Shown here: piece after piece, positions 57,158-64,000 of the stretch
Layout: each line of letters begins with the position of its first letter
Numbering within the stretch: position 1 is the first letter of the stretch
IMG/VR virus record: IMGVR_UViG_3300048591_000242
Location: 32,001 to 96,000 of that record
DNA from: a virus
Taxonomy: Duplodnaviria > Caudoviricetes
Length of the DNA stretch: 64,000 nt
Strand: one strand, 5' to 3'
Made by a program: the position numbers and the translations under genes
Notes under the pieces: generated by a model
The model's database searches: none
What the model saw: the letters and a program-made list of their open reading frames with translations, nothing else
Told to the model about the DNA's origin: nothing

Positions 57158-58786
57158 ATGAAAATAGCAAAGGTACCTTTCAATATTTCGATAATGAGTA
57201 ATCTACAACAAACAGTAGCAGGCTTACTCCCAGTTAGGGATCTAGGTATTATAGATAACAACACTGGGGATTTTGTAGAGACCGGCTTATACAGTAATAC
57301 TATCTTTGGACGCGTAGGTACTCCAGAGAGAAACAAAAGACACGGTTATATAAATCTACGGTGTCGCGTACTGCATCCAAAGATCTTTGAGGAACTAAAC
57401 CGCTTAGGTGGTTTATACAAAGAGATAATGCGCGGTAAAGCATATGCCAAATGGGATGACAAGTTACATGACTTTGTAAAAGCAGATATCCTAGAGGGTA
57501 GTACAGGCTATTCTTTTTTTATGAAACATTACGATGACATAAAGTTTAAACGTAATAAGTCTAATAAACGTAACTTAAGAATAGAGCTTATAAATAAGTA
57601 TCGAGCTGTAAGTAAAATCCATTTCTTTATTGTATTACCTGCAGGTCTACGAGACGTACGTATATCTGAGGATGGAAGGCCTGTAGAGGATGACATTAAT
57701 AAGCTATATAGAAAGATACTTATTACTACAAGTGGTATACCTGAGAATATGGCTTTTAAAGAAGACCCTTCTCTGGATAGCGTTAGATGGTCTATTCAGA
57801 ACAACATACAGGCCGTTTGGGACACTATTGTAGGTACCTTAGGTGGTAAGAGTGGATTCCTGCAATCTAAGTGGGGTTCTCGTAGAGTAGCACATGGTAC
57901 TAGAAACGTAATTACTGCTATGGACCCAGGCTCCGATGTATTAGGTTCACCTAGGTCGTTTGATAACAGTACTACTTTAGTAGGTTTAAACCAAACTATA
58001 CGTGGTATAGAGCCAGTTATTACCAGGTATGCCATGGTAAACGGCATAGCCTCCGATCTAATAACCAATATGGATAACGGAGTTACCTTAGTGGATAGGA
58101 AGACACTACGCAGTAAGGAAGTTCTACCTAGTGAAAAAGAGAGAGTAAACTGGGGTACAGTGCAGGGCAGGTCAGATTTAATTAGCCATTTTGAACAAAA
58201 AGAAAATAGGCATAATCCAGTAATAGTAGAAGGACATTATCTAAAGCTTATATACACAGATGACGTAGGATTTAAGCTATTAGATGGAATAGAGGATTTA
58301 CCCTCAGATAAAGATCCTACTTTAGTTAGACCTCTTACTTGGGCTGAGTACTTCTATATTACTACGGCCCCTGTAATGAATCGAATACGCTGTCACGTTA
58401 CTAGATATCCAATAACTGGATCTGAGTCTACCTATCCTTCAGTGCCTTATCTGAAGACTACAGTTACTGCAAAACAACTCTACCAGTATAATGGGCAATG
58501 GGCAATAGATTCTGATTCTAAACTATTTACAGAATTTCCAGACTCGGTAGCTAAGCTAGAGTTTATGGATTCTGCCAGCCCACACATAAGTTCAATAGCT
58601 GGGCTAAACGCCGATTACGATGGCGACACAATTTCCATTCAGTATGTCTTCTCTGATGAGTCAGTAAAAGAAGTGGACGGTAAATTAAACTCTATTTCTA
58701 ATTACCTTACTACCAGCGGTGAGTTACATCAGAGCGCCGGAAACGGTATAACTAAAAGAATTTTCCATAATTTTAGTGGTTTCTAG
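57158..58786 (+). CDS. Virion RNA polymerase beta-prime subunit, catalytic piece (phiKZ gp180-like)
   Basis: GLYS..IFG, LPAGLRD, LGGKSG...W.SR, RYP, catalytic NADYDGD at 58607-58627. Confidence 0.9.
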   Translation: MKIAKVPFNISIMSNLQQTVAGLLPVRDLGIIDNNTGDFVETGLYSNTIFGRVGTPERNKRHGYINLRCRVLHPKIFEELNRLGGLYKEIMRGKAYAKWDDKLHDFVKADILEGSTGYSFFMKHYDDIKFKRNKSNKRNLRIELINKYRAVSKIHFFIVLPAGLRDVRISEDGRPVEDDINKLYRKILITTSGIPENMAFKEDPSLDSVRWSIQNNIQAVWDTIVGTLGGKSGFLQSKWGSRRVAHGTRNVITAMDPGSDVLGSPRSFDNSTTLVGLNQTIRGIEPVITRYAMVNGIASDLITNMDNGVTLVDRKTLRSKEVLPSEKERVNWGTVQGRSDLISHFEQKENRHNPVIVEGHYLKLIYTDDVGFKLLDGIEDLPSDKDPTLVRPLTWAEYFYITTAPVMNRIRCHVTRYPITGSESTYPSVPYLKTTVTAKQLYQYNGQWAIDSDSKLFTEFPDSVAKLEFMDSASPHISSIAGLNADYDGDTISIQYVFSDESVKEVDGKLNSISNYLTTSGELHQSAGNGITKRIFHNFSGF

Positions 58787-58798
58787 GCAAACCTTGGA

Positions 58799-58808
58799 TA
58801 TATATTAC
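58799..58808 (+). promoter_or_regulatory. Early promoter motif TATATATTAC, overlapping a perfect 26-bp palindrome (58807-58832)
   Basis: Motif and palindrome ACAATTATGTAATATTACATAATTGT read directly. Confidence 0.7.
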
Positions 58809-58860
58809 AATTATGTAATATTACATAATTGTTTAGCTAAATATCCCAAAGGAATATGCA

Positions 58861-59718
58861 ATGAAAGTAACTAAAGAACAACTAATTGAAATAATTAAAA
58901 GTTCATCCATACACGCTGATCTTAACCACTTAGATGTATCTGATATTAAGGACATGTCTAATGTATTTTATAAAACCAGATTCAATGGAAGCATACACAG
59001 ATGGGACGTTAGTAATGTAACTAACATGTACGGGATGTTTAAGGAATCCAGGTTTAATGGAGATATTAGTAACTGGATAGTTAATAAAGTAGAAAACATG
59101 TCTAACATGTTTGAAAATTCTATTTTTAACGGAGATATATCCAGGTGGCGTACGATTAAAGTGAAAGACATGACAAGCATGTTTTATAACTCATGTTTTA
59201 ATGGAGACATATCTAGATGGGATGTTAGTAATGTTACCAGCATGATGGATATGTTTAACAGATCACTATTCAATGGAGATATCTCAGAATGGGATGTATC
59301 CAGTGTAACCAATGCGTCATTTATGTTCAATAGATCAAAGTTTAATAGGGATATTAGTAAGTGGAAAACATCTAAGGTAACTTCCATGTTAAATATGTTT
59401 AATGAATCTATTTTTAACGGAGATATTAGTAAGTGGGATGTCCGTAAGGTACGGAATATGTTTTATATGTTTCGTAAATCCAATTTTAACGGGGACATTG
59501 GTGAATGGAACGTGTCTTCTGTAACTGATATGTGCGCTATGTTTGAAGGTAGTGTGTTTAACAGAGACATTAGTAAATGGGAAGTGGGTAAGGTAAAGGA
59601 CATGTCACGTATGTTTAAGGCATCTAAGTTCACAGGGGATGTATCTAACTGGAACATCAAACCAAAGGCCGTCACTACAGAAATGTTTTATAAAACCAAC
59701 CAGACTATCCATTTATAG
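58861..59718 (+). CDS. BspA-type/DUF285 leucine-rich-repeat-like protein (285 aa)
   Basis: About 10 tandem 24-aa repeats FNGDISxWDVSxVxxMxxMFxxS. Confidence 0.85.
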   Translation: MKVTKEQLIEIIKSSSIHADLNHLDVSDIKDMSNVFYKTRFNGSIHRWDVSNVTNMYGMFKESRFNGDISNWIVNKVENMSNMFENSIFNGDISRWRTIKVKDMTSMFYNSCFNGDISRWDVSNVTSMMDMFNRSLFNGDISEWDVSSVTNASFMFNRSKFNRDISKWKTSKVTSMLNMFNESIFNGDISKWDVRKVRNMFYMFRKSNFNGDIGEWNVSSVTDMCAMFEGSVFNRDISKWEVGKVKDMSRMFKASKFTGDVSNWNIKPKAVTTEMFYKTNQTIHL

Positions 59719-59722
59719 CAAT

Positions 59723-59754
59723 AAAAATAAGGGAGCTTTCCCTTATTTTTTTTT
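59723..59754 (+). terminator. Intrinsic terminator after the DUF285 gene
   Basis: AAAAATAAGGGA-GCTT-TCCCTTATTTTT plus further T. Confidence 0.65.
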
Positions 59755-59815
59755 CATAAACAACATATTTGTAATTTTACAAATAGAATGGCATATACTT
59801 AGGAGTATAGTCAAT

Positions 59816-62800
59816 ATGTTACCTTACAAAACCTACTTCCTAAAACATGTAGCGAAGAATCTACAACAGCTAATGTCTAGGAAGCCAAGCAAAGCAGAGA
59901 CCATTACTCTACCGGCAGATACACTCATTCACCACATGAGTGATAGCCCGTCTGAGTATGGTATTCGCCTATCTCATCCTTTATTAGTAAATGATAAGCT
60001 ACCTATTAGAGTAAGTCATGTATTGGAATTATCAAGTCATGAAGGTGACCCCAAGCCTCGGGTGCTAAATGAGAATAAACTGATTACTAATTACTTTAAA
60101 GATAGACCCAGTCTGTTTACTAGACTTAAGAAGATAGATAGGGCTATGAAGGAGAGTCGAGCAGTAGTGGTATTTGACTATTCTACTTTACCCCATAAGT
60201 ACTATTATCTAAAGTCAAAGCTTTCCCATATTCACGAGTACAATAACCTTATTGCTACTCAGTTTAACTCCGCTATTGAAGTAGGTATACAGAAAAATCA
60301 GTTTATGTGCTTTAGACTACCTACGGCACTACCTGATCTAATGCAGTTTAGAACTACACCGAATCCAATGCCTACGGCTAAAGTAGATTTGTGGGAGGAT
60401 GAAGACGCTTTAGGTTTACTGTATATCTGGAATCTACTAGATGAGCCTACTAAGTTTCCTAGAGAAGCAGCCTCTAGTATTACCTTAGCTTTCTATGATG
60501 CTGATAACGTAAGTCAAGTTAACCTAGGCGATCTACTAGAGTGGGCTGAGAAAGACGTTAAAATTACTAAGAATGTTTTATATAAAGCATGGAGTAGTTT
60601 AATGTCTACGCGCACTACTGTAGACAGTGAGGCTTTGGAGGGGGTAGAAGAGACTCCTGAAGAGGGAGGCGTAGTACAGGAGAACGACTTTACTGAAGAG
60701 CCTTCAGAGTCTGAAGAATTACCGAAACCAGTAAAAGAGATAGCTGCTACTACAGAAGATCCAGTTAAGCAAACTGAGACCACTGTAATAGATAACGAAG
60801 TTGTTAATTTTGAAGTGCCGGTGTTTGAGGGTGATGTTAATATAGCAGAGCGTACCTTAAACGAGTCTATGGCTGAATTAGCTTCAGTGGGTAGACTAAG
60901 TACCGCTGAACAAAACAGACTACGTACTATATCCAGAAACTACAAGAAAATAAAGAATCCCTTTGGGGAGGGTACGCTGGAGGAGCTAACTGTTATAAAG
61001 CCAGAATCTCTGGTTATCTCCAGTGAGGACCACAACATACCTGAGAAGAAATTTGTTTTAGACAAAGGTATGCTTAATAGCACAGTAAACGATTTTACAG
61101 GTAAATATGTAAAAGAGCTTTTACAAAAGGATGTAACTAAGGCCGTATTAAACGTACAAAACGCCGGAGTACTGGTAAAGGATTACAAAGTAGAAAACAA
61201 GAAGGACGCCATTAATGACTATAACGAATATACGGTTGAGTTGGTGCCTATAAATGGTAAAGCTTCTACTGTTAAATTCAGATTACCCGTTGTAAATGAA
61301 GACGGTGAGTTCCTGGCAAATAATACCCTATATAAACTCGATAATCAGAAAAACGATCTTCCGATTCGTAAGATTAGAGGGGATCGGGTGGCTCTTACTA
61401 GTTACTATGGTAAGGTCTTTATAGATAGAAGTCCAAAAGCTGTAAATAACTACGGTAGATGGATTACTACTAAAATAACTAAAGCAGCTATGGATTCCGA
61501 TGTATCTAACATAACTGATTTGGTGTTCTCTAATGCATCATTGCCTAATGTGTCCCTACCTAGGGCATATACGGCCGTAGCCTCTAATATACTTAAGTTT
61601 ACTTCAGGTAGATTTAGTATGTATTTCGGATATAGCAACAGGGAAGAGGTTTTTAGTAAAGAAGCATTGGACCTGGTAGAATCTAAAGGCCTAACTATTT
61701 GTGGTTTCCAGAGTGATGCTAAGGGCATCTACCTGGGCATGGATAAAGACGGTATGATCCATGTGGTCTCTACTAAAGAAAACAAAACTATAGGTAATCT
61801 TTCTGAGCTTATAGGTTTAGGTTGGGGCGATGGCCCTATTGAGTTCGCTGAGGTTAAGGTATTTGGTAGGTCTGTACCAATGGTATTATTCTTAGCGTAC
61901 ATTTACGGGCTATCTACATTACTTAGTAAAACCAAAATACCACATCGTTGGGTGGATAGTGGCAACCAGTTAAATCTAGGTCCACATGAGTATCGTTTCA
62001 GATTTAGAAATGAGTCATTGGTTATAGATACTCGTGCTAGATTAGCTAGCATGATTATAGGTGGTTTATCTGCTGTAAAAAGGATTACTCCAGACTATGA
62101 TTCCTTTGACTTTAATAAGAAAGGTATTTATGGCCATGTCTTTGATATGTTGGGTTTAGGCAGACATTTACTAAAAGAGATTTCTCTTATGGATAAGATG
62201 TTTGTTGATCCTATTACTAAGGAGATATTGGAGTCTAGGAAGGAGCCGACTGAACTACGAGGAATGTTGGTTTATGCTGCGGAGCTATTGTTAGATGATA
62301 ATGCCCCGCATGAGATGGACCCTGAATGGATGAGAGTGCGTGGCTATGAGAGATTCTCCGGCTTTGTTTATAACCAGTTGGTTTCTGCCATACGTACTCA
62401 CGGCAACGCCCCTAATCCAGCAAGAGCACAGGTGTCTATTAATCCTACGGCAGTTTGGGGAGATATACTAGCAGACACCGCCGTGTTATTGGTGGAGGAG
62501 TCTAATCCCATTCATAACCTAAAGGAGAAGGAAGGTTTAACGTTCTCAGGACAGGGTGGTAGAAACTCCAAGACTATGGTAGAGCGCACTCGCGTATTTC
62601 ATGAAAATGACATAGGCGTAATATCTGAATCTACTCCAGACTCAGCTAAGGTAGGTATACGTAGTTACATGCCACCTAATGCTAAGCTAAATAGTTTAAG
62701 AGGGACTACCGTAAGGTTTGATTTGGAAAAGGACAGTGCGGCCTCTGCTTTATCTACTACCGGACTATTAAGTCCTAGTGGTACACAGCTCGATGGCAAA

Positions 62801-63925
62801 CGGTTGAACATGTCGTCTGTTCAACAGTCTTCTATGGTTTCGGCTAAGGGCAGTGTGGTTACTCCAGTGCGTACCGGTTATGAGCAGGTTATTGCTAATA
62901 GATGTAGTGATAAATTTGCATATAGTGCTAAAGGCGATGGTAAGGTAATATCGGTAGATGATAAATATCTTCAAATTCAATATAAGGATGAGTCTGGAGA
63001 AGAAGTTATTAAAGGTATACCAGTAGGTACTAAGCACGGCTTGGCTGCAGGTGCGGTAATTCCGCATAAAACTGTTACTGACCTTAAGGCAGGAGCTAAA
63101 TTTAAGAAAGGCGATATCCTTACCTGGAATAACGGTTACTTTAGCAGAGACTATCTAAATCCCGGTGGTGTATCTTCTAAAGGAGGAGTACTGGCTAGAA
63201 TGGCTATACTGGAGTCCTCAGATACCATCGAGGATAGTTCCGCTATAAGTGAAAGGTTAGTAAAACAGCTAGCTACACCTATTAGTAAAATGAAAACCAT
63301 ACTGGTATCCTTTACTGACTCGGTCACTAACTTAGTTAAGGAAGGAGACGCAGTGGATATAGAGTCTATTTTATGTGTAATAGAAGACGCCTCTACCGCT
63401 GAATTGTCTAAAAATGATACTAGTCTAGTAGGCTTAACTAAATTATCTGGCAGTACACCTAGGGCTAAATTTAGAGGTACTGTAGGTAAGGTTGAGATTG
63501 TCTATATGGGTAAACCAGAAGACATGCATCCTACCTTAAAGTCCATAGCTTTAAAAGATGCTAAGGCTAGAAAGGAGACAATAAAGAGCACTGGAGTGGA
63601 TGGCGCTACTACAGGTGAGATTTTTGCTACTACCTTTGTAGGAGGAGAGAAGGTAACACCTAACACTATGGCTATAACCATCTATATGGATTCTGAGCTT
63701 GAAAATGCAGTTGGGGATAAAGCTGTGTTTGATAATGCACTTAAGACTATAGTGGGTAGGGTAATGACTGGTACTAATACCACAGAAGATGGGGAGCCTA
63801 TTGATGGGTTATTCAGCTATGATGGGATAAGTCGTAGGATAGTTCCGGGCGCCTTTTCTAATGGAATTACCAATACTACCCTTTTAGCTTTAGGAGAAGC
63901 CTTTGTAAAAGCTTATAGGGGATAG
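59816..63925 (+). CDS. Virion RNA polymerase beta subunit, N-terminal/major piece (phiKZ gp178-like)
   Basis: RNAP-beta motifs FH.NDIG.ISESTPDS.KVG, D.KR.NMSSVQQS, EDSSAISE, GDK; start reassigned to ATG 59816 behind AGGAG. Confidence 0.85.
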   Translation: MLPYKTYFLKHVAKNLQQLMSRKPSKAETITLPADTLIHHMSDSPSEYGIRLSHPLLVNDKLPIRVSHVLELSSHEGDPKPRVLNENKLITNYFKDRPSLFTRLKKIDRAMKESRAVVVFDYSTLPHKYYYLKSKLSHIHEYNNLIATQFNSAIEVGIQKNQFMCFRLPTALPDLMQFRTTPNPMPTAKVDLWEDEDALGLLYIWNLLDEPTKFPREAASSITLAFYDADNVSQVNLGDLLEWAEKDVKITKNVLYKAWSSLMSTRTTVDSEALEGVEETPEEGGVVQENDFTEEPSESEELPKPVKEIAATTEDPVKQTETTVIDNEVVNFEVPVFEGDVNIAERTLNESMAELASVGRLSTAEQNRLRTISRNYKKIKNPFGEGTLEELTVIKPESLVISSEDHNIPEKKFVLDKGMLNSTVNDFTGKYVKELLQKDVTKAVLNVQNAGVLVKDYKVENKKDAINDYNEYTVELVPINGKASTVKFRLPVVNEDGEFLANNTLYKLDNQKNDLPIRKIRGDRVALTSYYGKVFIDRSPKAVNNYGRWITTKITKAAMDSDVSNITDLVFSNASLPNVSLPRAYTAVASNILKFTSGRFSMYFGYSNREEVFSKEALDLVESKGLTICGFQSDAKGIYLGMDKDGMIHVVSTKENKTIGNLSELIGLGWGDGPIEFAEVKVFGRSVPMVLFLAYIYGLSTLLSKTKIPHRWVDSGNQLNLGPHEYRFRFRNESLVIDTRARLASMIIGGLSAVKRITPDYDSFDFNKKGIYGHVFDMLGLGRHLLKEISLMDKMFVDPITKEILESRKEPTELRGMLVYAAELLLDDNAPHEMDPEWMRVRGYERFSGFVYNQLVSAIRTHGNAPNPARAQVSINPTAVWGDILADTAVLLVEESNPIHNLKEKEGLTFSGQGGRNSKTMVERTRVFHENDIGVISESTPDSAKVGIRSYMPPNAKLNSLRGTTVRFDLEKDSAASALSTTGLLSPSGTQLDGKRLNMSSVQQSSMVSAKGSVVTPVRTGYEQVIANRCSDKFAYSAKGDGKVISVDDKYLQIQYKDESGEEVIKGIPVGTKHGLAAGAVIPHKTVTDLKAGAKFKKGDILTWNNGYFSRDYLNPGGVSSKGGVLARMAILESSDTIEDSSAISERLVKQLATPISKMKTILVSFTDSVTNLVKEGDAVDIESILCVIEDASTAELSKNDTSLVGLTKLSGSTPRAKFRGTVGKVEIVYMGKPEDMHPTLKSIALKDAKARKETIKSTGVDGATTGEIFATTFVGGEKVTPNTMAITIYMDSELENAVGDKAVFDNALKTIVGRVMTGTNTTEDGEPIDGLFSYDGISRRIVPGAFSNGITNTTLLALGEAFVKAYRG

Positions 63926-63964
63926 TTTATGCTGCGTCGGTAGCCGTAGAATCGACTGTTTTAC

Positions 63965-63994
63965 GGGGGTGGCTAAAAGGCCACCCCCTTCTTT
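63965..63994 (+). terminator. Intrinsic terminator after the vRNAP beta gene
   Basis: GGGGGTGGC-TAAAAG-GCCACCCCC-TTCTTT. Confidence 0.7.
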
Positions 63995-64000
63995 AATTTA

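Noticed and set aside
42765-58362. Additional TATATTAC 8-mers at 42765, 45560, 53013 and 58355
   Set aside because: All lie inside coding sequence and lack the extended TATATATTAC context; plausible by chance in AT-rich DNA, though the first two cannot be excluded as internal promoters
58861-59718. CRISPR-like array (regular ~72-bp periodicity)
   Set aside because: Periodicity is a coding 24-aa repeat with degenerate DNA copies; no identical repeats with unique spacers
59639-59815. 59-aa N-terminal extension of the vRNAP beta subunit in the ORF track
   Set aside because: Runs through the DUF285 gene end and its terminator; ATG 59816 has a good AGGAG RBS
1-64000. tRNA genes, stop-codon reassignment, inteins
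   Set aside because: No cloverleaf-like intergenic segments seen; core genes are intact under the standard code; no intein-like insertions apparent in RNAP, UvsX or RNase H

Overview
A 64-kb, AT-rich (roughly 40% GC) segment of a phiKZ-like jumbo phage genome (Chimalliviridae-like), standard genetic code, very likely infecting a Gram-negative (probably gammaproteobacterial) host. The assignment rests on split virion RNA polymerase subunits (gp178-, gp180- and gp149-like), a UvsX/RecA, an RNase H with long extensions, a gp181-like giant tail protein and TATATATTAC early-promoter motifs. 1-24.8 kb (minus strand) is a fibre/adhesin locus. It holds seven paralogous proteins built as N-terminal anchor + Fn3-like domain(s) + FG-GAP beta-propeller, one of them 2181 aa with 12 Fn3-like repeats and two propellers. 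It also holds three DUF4376-like partner genes, with near-identical 46-bp and identical 51-bp 5' ends shared by adjacent paralogues, plus further fibre proteins. 24.9-28.1 kb holds conserved virion genes. 28.2-38.8 kb holds early/accessory and nucleotide-metabolism genes: a MazG-like gene, thyA split by a 315-nt ORF-less group I intron, DHFR, a host-like SadB-type YbaK+HDOD gene, two candidate spanin pairs, RNase H and a degenerate dUTPase. 38.9-64 kb holds core genes, a macrodomain, a tail protein whose M23 domain lacks a Zn ligand, and a BspA/DUF285 repeat gene inserted between the vRNAP subunits. All family assignments come from motif recognition by eye; no searches were run.
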